A DNA stretch of 64,000 nt from an uncultured Gemmataceae bacterium (GCA_963750165.1 CAVVPN010000003.1:960001-1024000); one strand, 5' to 3'; shown: positions 53,054 to 63,530, counted from the first letter of the stretch. Numbers and translations: made by a program. Notes: generated by a model from the letters alone, not told the origin.

Positions 53054-54394
53054 ATGTCGAGTCCAGCGGGTATGAATCGCCGGCACTTCCTTAAGCACGT
53101 GGCGGGCTACTCCATGTTGGCGCTGCCCGGCCTGCAGTTCTTGCGGACGATCCAGGCCAACGCGCAGCAAATGCGGCGGAACAACAAGAGTCTGATCGTC
53201 CTGTGGATGGGCGGCGGCCCAGCCACCATCGACATCTGGGACCTCAAGCCCGGCCGGAACACCGGTGGCGAGTTCCGGCCGATCAACACCACCGCCCAGG
53301 GCGTGCAGATCAGCGAACACATGCCGCGCACCGCGGAACAGTTCCGGAACCTGGTCGCCATTCGCTCGCTGACCACCACCGAGGGCGACCACAACCGCGG
53401 CACCCAGTTGATGCACACCGCCTACACGCCCAACCCGGCCATCGCCTTTCCGTCGATCGGCGCGGTGGTGTCGCTGGAAGGCCCCAAGCTGCGGGGCTAC
53501 CAGGATATTTCGCTGCCGACGTACATCACCATCCAGGGCGGTCGCGGTGCCGAGGGCCCCGGCTTCCTGGGTATGAACTACGCGCCGTTCACGGTGCAGA
53601 ACCCCGGCACGCCGCCGGAGAACATCCGGCCGCCGTCGGGGCTGGGCGCCGGCGAAACCGAACAGATGGAACGCATCCGCCGCCGGCAGCGGCTGTTCTA
53701 TGACCTGGAAGACGGCTTCATGGACGGCCGCGTGCCGCACCTGCAGGACCCCAAGGACCGGGCCAAGTTCGCCGACCCGTCCAAGGCCCACGCCGACATC
53801 TACAAGAAGGGCTTCAGCCTGGTGGCCTCGCGTGAGGGCAAGGTCTTCGACCTGAATGCCGAGCCGGCCCGGTTGAAGGAAGAGTACGGCAACAACAACT
53901 TCGGTCGGGCGGCGCTGCTGGCCCGGCGACTGGTGGAGTCGGGCGTCTCCGCGGTCGAGTTGAGCCTGGGCGGCTGGGACACGCACAACCAGACCTTCAA
54001 CGCCCACAGCACCCGGCTGCAGCCGACGCTCGACCGGGCCATGGGCACCCTGGTCCGCGACCTGGTGGATCGTGGCATGTGGCAGAATACGGTGGTGTTG
54101 TGGATGGGCGAGTTCGGCCGCACGCCGCGCATCAACCAGAACAACGGCCGCGACCACTGGGCGCGGTGCTGGTCGGTGGTGATTGGCGGCGGCGCCCTCC
54201 GCGGCGGCCAGGCCTACGGCTCGACGGACGCGGACGGCATGGCGGTGGCGACCAACCCGGTGCGCGTCCAGGATCTGTTCGCCACGGTCTACCGTGCTCT
54301 CGGCATCGACCCGTCCACGCAGGTCCGTGACCCGATTGGCCGGCCGTTCAACATCTCCGGCCTGGGCGGCCACCCCATCAACACGCTGTTCTAA
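53054..54394 (+). CDS. DUF1501 domain protein (Tat signal)
   Basis: NRRHFLK; LWMGGGP..IDIWDLKP, GGWDTH, GEFGRTP, GRDHW. Confidence 0.92.
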   Translation: MSSPAGMNRRHFLKHVAGYSMLALPGLQFLRTIQANAQQMRRNNKSLIVLWMGGGPATIDIWDLKPGRNTGGEFRPINTTAQGVQISEHMPRTAEQFRNLVAIRSLTTTEGDHNRGTQLMHTAYTPNPAIAFPSIGAVVSLEGPKLRGYQDISLPTYITIQGGRGAEGPGFLGMNYAPFTVQNPGTPPENIRPPSGLGAGETEQMERIRRRQRLFYDLEDGFMDGRVPHLQDPKDRAKFADPSKAHADIYKKGFSLVASREGKVFDLNAEPARLKEEYGNNNFGRAALLARRLVESGVSAVELSLGGWDTHNQTFNAHSTRLQPTLDRAMGTLVRDLVDRGMWQNTVVLWMGEFGRTPRINQNNGRDHWARCWSVVIGGGALRGGQAYGSTDADGMAVATNPVRVQDLFATVYRALGIDPSTQVRDPIGRPFNISGLGGHPINTLF

Positions 54395-54414
54395 GAATTG
54401 CGAATCATACGCAC

Positions 54415-54466
54415 ACCCCGGTTATGTGTCGCGCGGCTCCTCGCGATACGTAACCGGGGTTTTTTT
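54415..54466 (+). terminator. Hairpin plus poly-T terminator, same family as 25360 and 50889
   Basis: accccggttatgtgtcgcg...cgcgatacgtaaccggggt followed by tttttt. Confidence 0.75.
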
Positions 54467-54494
54467 CATGCGGAGCGTGGGAACGAGGAGGCCC

Positions 54495-55883
54495 TCAGCG
54501 GATGCCCGCCTTGGCCGCTGCCGTGGGATCGATTTTCTTCAAAGCGTTGATGAGGGCCACGCGCACCTCCGCATTCTGCTCGAACAGCGCCTCCAGCAGC
54601 GCCGGCACCGCTTCCCTGGCGTCGGGGCCGAACCCGGCCAGGATCTCCGCCGTCCGTCGCCGCACCGCCGGGCTGCGGTTGCCCAGCTCCTTCGTCAGCA
54701 CTGGAAGCGCCCGACCCCGCACCACCGGCGCCAGGCCCCACAGCGACTGGGCCGCGCTCAACCGCACCTGCGCGTCCTTATCTTCCAACAGGGGCAGCAA
54801 CAGCGCCGCGTCGGCCTTGTCCACCTGCAACCGGCCCAGCGCCGTCGCCGCCGCGGCACGCTCACGCGCGTCCTTCGCCTCCAGCGCCGCCGCCACGCCG
54901 CGCACCGCCGGCCTGGCCGCCGGCCCGATCTCGGCCAGCGCGCGCAGCGCACGCTCACGGAGGTAGCCGGACTTCTCGCCGAGCGCTGCCGTCAGCACCG
55001 CCACGCCGGCCGTCTGCTGCTTGATCCGCCACAGCGCCAGCGCCGTGATGATGCGCACGTCGGCGTCCTTATCCTTGAGACCGGCCGCCAACTTATCCGC
55101 CGCCGATTTCGCTCCCGGCCCGACCTGGCCCAGCGCCTGGGCGGCGGAACGGCGCACCACCGGCTCGGCGTCCGCCAGCGCCGCGGTCAGGGCCGGCACC
55201 GCATCGGTGGCGCCCGCGCCGATCAGCCCCAGGGCGGTCGCCGCGGTGCGCCGTCGCTTGATGTCCTTCGCCATCAGGGCCGCCGTCAGCGCCGGCACCG
55301 CCGCCGGGCCGATTTTGCCCAGGGCGATGGTGATGTGCGGCTCCACGAAGTCGAAATCCTTCTGCCCCGTCGCGGCCAGCAGGGCGGGCAGGGCGCCTTT
55401 CGCCTCTGGACCAATCTCGCCCAGGGCGGTCGCCACTTCGCCGCGGACGGTGAGGTCGTCATCCTTCAGGGCCGCGGCCAGGGCGGACACGGCTTTTTCG
55501 GCCTTCGGCCCCATCAGGGCGAGGACGCCGGCCGCCGCGGCGCGGTTCTCGGCGAGCTTATCCCTGAGCCCCTGCCGCAGCGTCGGCAACAGCAGGGCCG
55601 GCATCGGCTTTTCGATCTTCCACAGCGCCTCGGCAATCTTGATGCGCACGGCGATGCTCTTGTCTTTTTCCAGGGCCTCACGCAGCGCCGGGAGGGCGAA
55701 CCTGGCGGTGGCCCCGAGCTGGGCGAGCAGGTCCGCGGACTGGTAGCGCACGGTCGCGTCGGGGTGCTGCAGCGCCTTGAGGCCATCGAAGGTCTGCTTC
55801 TTCTTGTCCTGCCCGGCCGCCGTCGGGGCCACTCCGCCCAGCGCGAGCAGGACCGCCAGCCACACCGTATGCCACGTGTTCAT
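54495..55883 (-). CDS. Secreted HEAT-repeat protein
   Basis: Signal peptide; repeated VR..AA.ALG.IGP.A..AVPAL. Confidence 0.9.
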   Translation of the reverse strand: MNTWHTVWLAVLLALGGVAPTAAGQDKKKQTFDGLKALQHPDATVRYQSADLLAQLGATARFALPALREALEKDKSIAVRIKIAEALWKIEKPMPALLLPTLRQGLRDKLAENRAAAAGVLALMGPKAEKAVSALAAALKDDDLTVRGEVATALGEIGPEAKGALPALLAATGQKDFDFVEPHITIALGKIGPAAVPALTAALMAKDIKRRRTAATALGLIGAGATDAVPALTAALADAEPVVRRSAAQALGQVGPGAKSAADKLAAGLKDKDADVRIITALALWRIKQQTAGVAVLTAALGEKSGYLRERALRALAEIGPAARPAVRGVAAALEAKDARERAAAATALGRLQVDKADAALLLPLLEDKDAQVRLSAAQSLWGLAPVVRGRALPVLTKELGNRSPAVRRRTAEILAGFGPDAREAVPALLEALFEQNAEVRVALINALKKIDPTAAAKAGIR

Positions 55884-55986
55884 GAAATGCTCCCGTCATT
55901 AGAAGAGCCGGCGGCACCGCGCCGGGCGGGGACTACAATAGGACGATGACGGCCCGGATTTATTACCCCAACGGGTAACCTCGTCC

Positions 55987-56047
55987 CGTGGCACGGCTCT
56001 CCCGAGCCGTGTGGGCGACCGACACGGCTCGGGAGAGCCGTGCCACG
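55987..56047. repeat. GTGG-type REP doublet, same family as 16040-16089
   Basis: cgtggcacggctctcccgagccgtgt...acacggctcgggagagccgtgccacg. Confidence 0.88.
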
Positions 56048-56111
56048 TGAGCATCTTGGCCGCCGGGGTAATATGTCGCCGTCGCGCCGTTTCTCGAACC
56101 GGGGTTATCTT

Positions 56112-56810
56112 ATGCCGCCGCCGGAGCTGGAGATTCTTTACGAGGACAACCACTGCCTGGCGATTGCCAAGCCGGCGGGCCGGATCAGCACGCACTTTCA
56201 GGGCGACGAGGAAACGCTGGACCGCGACGTGAAGGCGTACCTGAAGGCGAAGTACCAGAAGCCCGGCAACGTCTTCCTCGGCGTGGTGCATCGGCTCGAC
56301 CGGCCGGTGAGCGGCGTGCTGCTGTTCGCGCGGACGAGCAAGGCGGCGGCGCGGCTGTCGGAGCAGTTCCGCCAGGGCAGCGTCGAGAAGGTGTACTGGG
56401 CCGTCGTCGAGGGCGACGTGCTCCGCAGCGCCGGCACGCTGGAGGACTGGCTGAAGAAGGACGCGGTGACGCGGCGTGTGGACGTGGTGGAACCGCGGAC
56501 GCCGGGAGCGCGGCAGGCCCTGCTGCACTACCAAACGCGCGGCCGGCACGGCGGCCTGGCGTGGCTGGAACTGCGGCCGCAGACGGGGCGGACGCATCAG
56601 CTGCGCGTGCAGCTGGCGCACCACGGCCACCCGATCTACGGCGACGCGAAGTACGGCTCAATCCACACATTCGCGCCGGCGGTGGCGCTGCACGCGCGAG
56701 CGCTGACGTTCCTGCACCCGATTCGCTACGAGCCGATCACCCTGACGGCGGAACTGCCGCGGGCGTGGCGCGGCCGCTTCGCCTATGTGCTGCGTGAGGG
56801 CCAGTCATGA
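56112..56810 (+). CDS. RluA-family pseudouridine synthase
   Basis: ILYED..KPAG, VHRLDRPVSG, TGRTHQLR, PIYGD.KYG, LHA..L.F.HP. Confidence 0.93.
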   Translation: MPPPELEILYEDNHCLAIAKPAGRISTHFQGDEETLDRDVKAYLKAKYQKPGNVFLGVVHRLDRPVSGVLLFARTSKAAARLSEQFRQGSVEKVYWAVVEGDVLRSAGTLEDWLKKDAVTRRVDVVEPRTPGARQALLHYQTRGRHGGLAWLELRPQTGRTHQLRVQLAHHGHPIYGDAKYGSIHTFAPAVALHARALTFLHPIRYEPITLTAELPRAWRGRFAYVLREGQS

Positions 56811-57814
56811 GCGACGCCGTGTTGACGCGCATGCGCGACCTGATTCAGCAGGACGTGAACCAGCGCGGCCTGGCGACGGACCCGGCCGTCAACCTGGTCA
56901 ACGCCTGGCCGAACGACTTCGCGGCGGCGTGCCACAGCCTCGCGTCGGCACCGCGGCCGGCGCTGGCGGTGGTGACGGGCTTCCTGATCCCGACCGCGGA
57001 ACCGCCGTGCGGCGAGACAGACGGGCCGCTGGGGGCGCTGTATCTGGCGCGGGCGCTGGTGCCGCTGGGCATCAAGGTGGCGCTGGTGACGGACGGGTTC
57101 GGCAAGCAGGCGCTGCAAGCGGGGCTGGAGTCGTGCGGTCTGGAGACGACCGTGCCGCTGCTGACGCTGCCGCCGCCCAGCCACCCGTGGGACGCCTACC
57201 TGGAATTTGACTGGCTGCGCTTCGCCCGCACACGGTTTGGTCTGACGCATCTGCTGGCACTGGAGCGCGTCGGCCCGAGCCATACGCCGGCGTCGATGCA
57301 GGGGCAACCCGGACTGGATGAGTTCTTGCGAGAGGTGCCGCCGGAGCACTTCGACCGTTGCCACACCATGCGCGGCATCGACATCACGGCATCCATGAGC
57401 CCGGCACACCGGCTGTTTGAGGCGGTCAAGGAACATCTGCCGCACGTCACGACTCTTGGCATCGGCGACGGCGGCAATGAGATCGGCATGGGCAAAATTG
57501 CGTGGGAGGTGATTCGCCGCAATGTGCCCGGCGGCGGCGTGGTGGCGTGTCGAGTGCCAACGGATCGGCTGATCGTGTGCGGTATTAGCAACTGGGGGGC
57601 GTATGGGCTGGCGGCGGGCGTGCGCCTGCTGCGCGGGGCGGTGCCGGATCGGGAGCTGTTTGACGACGGCCGCGAACTGGAGTTATTGCGGCTGATGGTC
57701 GAACGGGGACCGCTGGTGGACGGAGTCAAGGCGCAGCGGGTGGCGACGGTGGACGGGCTGGAGTGGGAGCGCTACGCGGCGGTGCTGCGAGCGTTGGCGG
57801 AGGTTCCATCGTAG
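56807..57814 (+). CDS. DUF4392 / D-glutamate cyclase-like protein
   Basis: VVTGF, ETDGPLGA, LER.G, TMRG.DI, GIGDGGNEIGMG, SNWGAY; ATGA overlap with the RluA gene. Confidence 0.85.
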   Translation: MSDAVLTRMRDLIQQDVNQRGLATDPAVNLVNAWPNDFAAACHSLASAPRPALAVVTGFLIPTAEPPCGETDGPLGALYLARALVPLGIKVALVTDGFGKQALQAGLESCGLETTVPLLTLPPPSHPWDAYLEFDWLRFARTRFGLTHLLALERVGPSHTPASMQGQPGLDEFLREVPPEHFDRCHTMRGIDITASMSPAHRLFEAVKEHLPHVTTLGIGDGGNEIGMGKIAWEVIRRNVPGGGVVACRVPTDRLIVCGISNWGAYGLAAGVRLLRGAVPDRELFDDGRELELLRLMVERGPLVDGVKAQRVATVDGLEWERYAAVLRALAEVPS

Positions 57815-57957
57815 GCGTCGTTTCGTTTCACGGGGGTGAAACGAAATAACCCCCTGGCCGCGAACGGCTTGCCGTTTCATTTCACGTTTTTCACACACCC
57901 AACGCGACAGGCGGAGCCCTTCCGTGCAGGGCCGGGCCGGCCGGAGCCTGGCGTTGT
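57815..57957 (-). repeat. Dispersed repeat family 2, copy F
   Basis: Reverse-complement homolog of 45401-45542. Confidence 0.8.
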
Positions 57958-57983
57958 CAACCCGGGGCGAACCCGGCTTCCTG

Positions 57984-58043
57984 GTTCGTGGTTCCGCCTT
58001 CAGACGGTCTTGAGCGAAGACCGCCTGAAGGCGGACCATGAAC
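57984..58043. repeat. GTGG-type REP doublet
   Basis: gttcgtggttccgccttcagacggtct...agaccgcctgaaggcggaccatgaac. Confidence 0.75.
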
Positions 58044-58070
58044 GAAGACAGCCCATTCCGCCCCCGCTGC

Positions 58071-59234
58071 TTATTTCGGTGGCGCCGCCACCTGGCGAGT
58101 AGCCGCGGCGGCCGCCTCCCGCAAGGCAGTGCTGGGGTCCGCGTGCGCTTCCCGCAGGACCGGCAGCGCGTCCACGGCCGCCGGCCCGAATTCGCCCAGG
58201 ACTTCGACGAGTTGTTTGCTGGCCGTTCGGGCGGGGCTGTTCAGCTTGGCCAGGTGGTCCTTCAAACGGGTTTCCGGGGTTTCAGGCGGAGGAGGAAATT
58301 CAGGTAGCGCATCCCGCGTTCCATACCCTGCAGAAGGCATTTCCAGCACAGTTGCCGATTCAGATCCCTGCGCAGCAAATATTTTCGCCTCCTGCTCCAG
58401 TTCCTCGACGCGAGCCCGCTTCAACTCGTTCAACCGGGCGACGAGCAGCGGCACGACCACGTGTGAGTGCGACTTGAGACGGGGCAACCAGTAAGCAGCC
58501 CTGGCGTACCAGCTGTCATCCCACGGTTTCTTGGACTCCGCGAACACCGCAGTCACAAACGCCCGCACCGTCGCCTCGTCACCCAGCGCCTCGGCCAACC
58601 AGGTGCTCGCGCCGTCAGCAAACGGATGGTTTTCCAGGTACCGGAACAACACGCCTCGGTCCTTCTCCGACCCGTGCTTCCACCGTTGAACCAACCCCAC
58701 CAGGGCCGGTTTACTGTCGGGAAGTCTGACCAGCGTTTGTTCACAGAACTGGCAAGTACGCGGTTCGTCCAGACCCTTCAACAACGCAGGCACCATCGCG
58801 GCGCCAATTCGTAGGGACGCATCCCGCGCCTCCAAGACGACCTTGCCGTTGACGATTTTTACATCATCCGGATCCACAACCCAGGAAATCCAGTGCTGTT
58901 CCTCGGGATAGAGTCCCGCGATTTCCACGATGACGGGGGCCGCCGCCTCCGCGTAACCATTCTCACCTAAGGTGGCCAAGGCCCGCAGCGCCTCGATGCG
59001 GCGTTCGGGCTTCAACTCCGTCCGGCAGTACGTTTGCCAGTACGCGAACGGTTTGCCGTCGTAGCGCAACTCCTTGTCGGTGTCTGCGGCGGGACTGGGA
59101 GTCGCCTCGACAACCTTGTCCTCAGGGGCCGGCTGCGAATTCTGCGAGCCACCGACAACGGCCATGACGCAGGCCCCGACCGCCGCACAGGCCAGTCCCC
59201 AAATGCCCGCGCGTCGCAGTTTCTTGATTCGCAT
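58071..59234 (-). CDS. Hypothetical HEAT-like helical protein
   Basis: N-terminal hydrophobic segment; LRYDGKPFAYW...ALRALATLG; C-terminal LGEFGPAAVDALPVL. Confidence 0.65.
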   Translation of the reverse strand: MRIKKLRRAGIWGLACAAVGACVMAVVGGSQNSQPAPEDKVVEATPSPAADTDKELRYDGKPFAYWQTYCRTELKPERRIEALRALATLGENGYAEAAAPVIVEIAGLYPEEQHWISWVVDPDDVKIVNGKVVLEARDASLRIGAAMVPALLKGLDEPRTCQFCEQTLVRLPDSKPALVGLVQRWKHGSEKDRGVLFRYLENHPFADGASTWLAEALGDEATVRAFVTAVFAESKKPWDDSWYARAAYWLPRLKSHSHVVVPLLVARLNELKRARVEELEQEAKIFAAQGSESATVLEMPSAGYGTRDALPEFPPPPETPETRLKDHLAKLNSPARTASKQLVEVLGEFGPAAVDALPVLREAHADPSTALREAAAAATRQVAAPPK

Positions 59235-59659
59235 GGATTCGGCCCTCCCTGGCCTTCCGAATGGACCCGCAGCCGGTTGCGCTCCGGCACCGCGGGCCAG
59301 GTCAACCAAAATAAGTTTGTCCTTCCGGGTTCGCTTTTGATGCGAGGCTACCGAGACGATCCTCCATGTCCACAATGAGACGGTCGTAGGTTACGCAGAA
59401 GATGTGTTTTGAACTCACGACCACGTTCTCTTCCCGCCACGCCAACCGCAGGCGTTCCCCCCGCCGATAAAAATGGCGGCCAACTGCTGTTGATCGCGCG
59501 CCGGACCTGTGCCTGTTCCTCGTCGTTCAGTTGCCTGATCATCGCGGCCGCCAGCCGGTTTGTGACGCAGCGCTGCGAAAAGTCGTTCTACCGTCTTACC
59601 TCAATCCCGCGGCATTGTACCCGGCCCTGCGGTCGGCGATCAAGCTGAACGCCAGCGTA

Positions 59660-60874
59660 TCAAACATCGACACGCCCCCCTGGCTCCTCAAACAGGGTGC
59701 CGCGCGGGTTGACGGTGACCCAGCAGGCCGCCGCCGTCGCGTAGACGGCGGCGAACAGGAACAACACCGGCTCCCACTGTCCCGTCGCCTTGACGTACCA
59801 CCCGACCACGAGCGGGAAGAGCGCCGCTCCGAGGTTGCCGGACGTGTTAAGGACGCTGAACACCGTGGCGACCTGCTTGCCGGCGAACTCCAGGCCCACG
59901 GGATAGACGCTGACGCCGCCGAAGGTGGCGCAGTAGGCCCCGACCGCCATTAGCAGGACGGCCGTGTCGGTGTCGCGCACGAAATACGACAGCACCGCCA
60001 GGCCGGCACAGCACGACAGGCCCAGGACGGCGACGCCCTGGCGGAACAGGCGGCGCCGGCCGGTGAGCCGCACCAGGCCGTCGGACGCGGCGCCGCCGCT
60101 GGCGCTGCCCAGCAGGGCGCCGAACGCCACCAGCATGGTGAGCTGGCCCGACTCCAGTTGCGCCACGCCGCGCGTCGCCTGCAAGAACCGTGGGAACCAG
60201 GTGACGAAGAACACCATCCCCCCGGCACGCAGGAATTGCTGGGCGCACAACAACTGCATCTGGCCGCTGGTGCAGAGGCGCCGCCAGGCGACCGGCCCGC
60301 GCGCCGGCGCCGCAGCCGATCCAGGCGGGCTGTCCGGTGTCAGCGCCCAGAACGCCACGGCCCACAGGACGCCCGGCACGGCGTAGCTGGCGATGACGGC
60401 GCGCCAGTCCCAGACCGTCAACAGCCCGCCGGACAGCGCGGGCGCGAGCGCCATCCCCAGAAACATGCTGGCGGCGAGGAAGCCCGAGCCGATTGCCCGG
60501 TCCGCGTCGCCGAACCAGCCGCCGATGGCCTTCATCGCGGCGGGGATCAGGGCAGCCTGGGCCATGCCCATCAGCGACCACAAGGCCAGCAAGGTCCAGG
60601 CGTCCACCGCCGCGCCCGCCAGGCCGGTCAGCAGCGACCAGGCCAGGGCGAACGCCGCCAGCGTCCGCCGGCTGCCCCAGCGATCCGCGAGCCAGCCGGA
60701 CGGGATTTGCAGGGCGGCGTAGCCGAGGAACCAGCCGCCCATGACGAGGCCCATGATGTCCTCGCGGAAACCCAGTTCGGTCTGAATCGTCAGCGCGGGC
60801 ACGCTGAGGGCGCCGCGCTGGATGTACGCGATCACCGCCACCGCACACAGCCAGGCCAGCACCAGGTAACGCAT
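59660..60874 (-). CDS. MFS transporter (anion:cation symporter-like)
   Basis: IAYIQR, GWLADRWGSRR motif A, about 12 TMs, LNTSGNLG. Confidence 0.9.
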   Translation of the reverse strand: MRYLVLAWLCAVAVIAYIQRGALSVPALTIQTELGFREDIMGLVMGGWFLGYAALQIPSGWLADRWGSRRTLAAFALAWSLLTGLAGAAVDAWTLLALWSLMGMAQAALIPAAMKAIGGWFGDADRAIGSGFLAASMFLGMALAPALSGGLLTVWDWRAVIASYAVPGVLWAVAFWALTPDSPPGSAAAPARGPVAWRRLCTSGQMQLLCAQQFLRAGGMVFFVTWFPRFLQATRGVAQLESGQLTMLVAFGALLGSASGGAASDGLVRLTGRRRLFRQGVAVLGLSCCAGLAVLSYFVRDTDTAVLLMAVGAYCATFGGVSVYPVGLEFAGKQVATVFSVLNTSGNLGAALFPLVVGWYVKATGQWEPVLFLFAAVYATAAACWVTVNPRGTLFEEPGGRVDV

Positions 60875-60939
60875 GACCCCGTTATACCCGAACCACCGGC
60901 GCACCTTCAACGAAGCCGAGCGCCGCCCCGGGTCTGAGC

Positions 60940-63501
60940 TTATTTGATCTTCAAGAGTTCCGGTTCCGTCCACTGCTCCGTGCGACCGGAAGTCGCGGCA
61001 CGAATGCGGCTCACAGTGGCTGGGTCCAGGGGCGGTGCCGCCTCGCGCCATTCCCGACGCACAAACGTCAAAATGCCGGCGATCTTCTGGTCGTCCAGCG
61101 CCTGGTACATGCCGGGCATTTCCAGCACGCCCGCACGGTTAAACACTTCGCCATTGACGCTGACCGGGCCGCGCAAACCGTGCAGCACCAGCCGCACCAA
61201 CCGTTCGTCGTGGTCGAGCCACTCCGAATCGAGCAGGGGCGGTCCTTTCCCGGCATCGCCGTAGCCGGCGGCATGGTGGCAGGCAGCGCACAACGCCGCG
61301 TATTCCTTGCGGCCCAGGTCGTACAGCGCCTGGTGTTTGGCGGACAGCGGCGGTCGCACGGGCAGCGCCTTGCCGTCCTTGCCGGGCCAGTTGAGTTGCC
61401 CGGCCACGCGCTCGGCGGCCGCGGCCAACTTCGCGTCGCTGGCCTTCCGCAGTTTCTGAAGCGATTCCGGGACGCCCGGCAAGGTGAGCATGCGCGGCAG
61501 CGATTTGCCTTTGCCGCCCTTGCCGCCCTTGCCGCCTTTGCCCGGCGGCGCCGCCTTCAACCCGTCGAGCAGGGCGAGTTGCTGCCAGGCTTGCGCTTCG
61601 GTTTGCCCCCCGACCAGGTGCAAGAAACGCAGGACTGCCAGCGGTTGCCGCTGTCGCCACACCAGCCCGGCGCAGGCCGTCAAAAACTTCTGACGCCAGG
61701 GCTCCGACCTGGCCCAACCTGGCTGCGCGAGCCGAACCGCCAGGAACTCCGCTTCCTGACCCGTGAACCCTGCCAGGAGCGCTTCCAGCAGCGTCGCGTC
61801 CGCCGCCAGGTCGCGCAGCACGGGCTCCACCACTCGATCCGCCTGCGCGGTGTTGACCAGGCCGAGCGTCCACACCAGCTGCAGCCGCACGTTGCGGTCG
61901 GTGTCGCCGGCCAGCTCCGCCAATTCCTGAATGTGGGCGGGTTCCTTCTGCCGGCGAATCGCATCACGGCACAGGGCGACCGCGCTGGCCCGCACATGGC
62001 TGTCCTTGTCGTCAAGCGCGGCGAGCAACAGGTCGATGTCGAGTTTGTTCAAGCCTTCAAGGGCCCACAGCGCGTGCAGGCGGCCGAGCGGTTCCTTGCC
62101 GGTGGCGACCAGTTTGCGCAGCGCGGGCACCACGGACAGGTCGTGGCGCTGCACGAGCAACTGCTGGGCCATGTCGCGGTGCCAGCCGTTGCCGCTGGAA
62201 AGGTACGCCACCAGGTCGGCACTGGCCGTTTTGCTCAGCGCCGCCGGTTTACGCGGCCGGCTCGTCTCGTGGACGATGCGGAAAATCCGACCCAGACCGA
62301 TGGGCCGATCCAGTCCGCGCTCCAGAATCTGCTGCCGCAGATACGGCGTGAGGTAGGCTCCGTGCTGGATGACGCCGCGATACATGTCCACCAGGTAGAG
62401 CGTGCCGTCCGGGGCGTTGTACAGGTTGACGGGGCGAAACCGTTCGTCGGTCGAGGCCAGAAACTCCGCCTTGTCGTAGGCGTTTTTCGAGGACTTGACG
62501 CCGTTCGTGGTGACGAAGACCTGCCGGCGCACGAGGTTGCCCGCGGGTTCATTGATGAAGACGTTGCCGCGCAGTTCCGCCGGCAAATTGTCGCCGCGGT
62601 AGACGACCGGCCCGCAATTGGCGTTGGCCTGGATCATGGTGCCGTCCGCTCGCAGGAACGACGCCAGGTATCCGCGGTTGATGCCGGGGTTCGGACGGAT
62701 CGGCCAGACCTGTTGTTCCTGGTAGAGGGCGACGTTGACCAGGGGGTTGGCGGCGTGCGCGCTGGGCGACCAGCAGGGCACCAGGTCGCCGCGGAGCAGC
62801 TGGGCGTTGACGTTGTAAACGAGGTGACCGTGGTCGTCCTGGGTGATGCCCCACTGGCCGCGGCCGACCGTCGTTTCGCGCACCCACTGGCCGCCGATCT
62901 TGCGGAGGCGAAGGCCCTCCTTGGCGGTGTAAATCCAGTTGTCCAGGGCGGGCATCAGGCCGTTGAGCCCGTGCTCGGGGTTGCCGGGGTTATATCGGCA
63001 AAGGAGTTTCTTCTCGTCGCAGCGGAGATCCCCTTTGGACGCACGGCATAACCAGAGATTGCCATTCTCGGCGACCAGGAGGCCGTCCAGCGTCCAGCAC
63101 AGACCGCGCGGCAGCACGAACTTGTCGAGGAAGACCGTTCGCCGATCCGGGACGCCGGTCCCCTTCGTGTCCTCCAGAACGACGATGGTGCCGACGGGTT
63201 CCTTCTCGCCCTTGCCGTCCACGTTGGGCATGAAACCGCGCATTTCGCACACCCAGATGCGGCCATCCGGATCGAAGGTCATGGCCACGGGGTCATGCAC
63301 CAGCGGTTCGCTGGCCACCAGCTCCACGCGATAGCCCGGCGCAATTTTGAAGGTCTTCATCTCGTCCCGGGCAGAGCGAGCGGGCGCCGGCGGCACCTTG
63401 AACCCCCTGGGGTTTTGCCCGGGAACGAGGTGCGCCGCCACTGGCAGACCCGTCACGCACAGGACGATCGCCAACCGCCGCAGCGTCTGCTTGACCGTCA
63501 T
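60940..63501 (-). CDS. PVC-type membrane-bound dehydrogenase-like protein: beta-propeller, HEAT repeats, c-type cytochrome
   Basis: VELVASEP, STDERFRPV, APDGTLY.VDMYR, GRIFRI, RLHALWAL, CAACH heme motif, MP axial ligand. Confidence 0.88.
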   Translation of the reverse strand: MTVKQTLRRLAIVLCVTGLPVAAHLVPGQNPRGFKVPPAPARSARDEMKTFKIAPGYRVELVASEPLVHDPVAMTFDPDGRIWVCEMRGFMPNVDGKGEKEPVGTIVVLEDTKGTGVPDRRTVFLDKFVLPRGLCWTLDGLLVAENGNLWLCRASKGDLRCDEKKLLCRYNPGNPEHGLNGLMPALDNWIYTAKEGLRLRKIGGQWVRETTVGRGQWGITQDDHGHLVYNVNAQLLRGDLVPCWSPSAHAANPLVNVALYQEQQVWPIRPNPGINRGYLASFLRADGTMIQANANCGPVVYRGDNLPAELRGNVFINEPAGNLVRRQVFVTTNGVKSSKNAYDKAEFLASTDERFRPVNLYNAPDGTLYLVDMYRGVIQHGAYLTPYLRQQILERGLDRPIGLGRIFRIVHETSRPRKPAALSKTASADLVAYLSSGNGWHRDMAQQLLVQRHDLSVVPALRKLVATGKEPLGRLHALWALEGLNKLDIDLLLAALDDKDSHVRASAVALCRDAIRRQKEPAHIQELAELAGDTDRNVRLQLVWTLGLVNTAQADRVVEPVLRDLAADATLLEALLAGFTGQEAEFLAVRLAQPGWARSEPWRQKFLTACAGLVWRQRQPLAVLRFLHLVGGQTEAQAWQQLALLDGLKAAPPGKGGKGGKGGKGKSLPRMLTLPGVPESLQKLRKASDAKLAAAAERVAGQLNWPGKDGKALPVRPPLSAKHQALYDLGRKEYAALCAACHHAAGYGDAGKGPPLLDSEWLDHDERLVRLVLHGLRGPVSVNGEVFNRAGVLEMPGMYQALDDQKIAGILTFVRREWREAAPPLDPATVSRIRAATSGRTEQWTEPELLKIK

Positions 63502-63530
63502 GGTGTCACCCCCCGGGGCCGTTGGTTTCT

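Noticed and set aside
59348..59650. Short ORF MIRQLNDEEQAQVRRAIN as a gene remnant
   Set aside because: Too short, with no recognisable motif or clear RBS.
61505..61542. 9-bp ttgccgccc repeats resembling the MITE 9-mers
   Set aside because: They encode an in-frame GKGGKGGKGGKGK low-complexity linker and have no other element sequence nearby.
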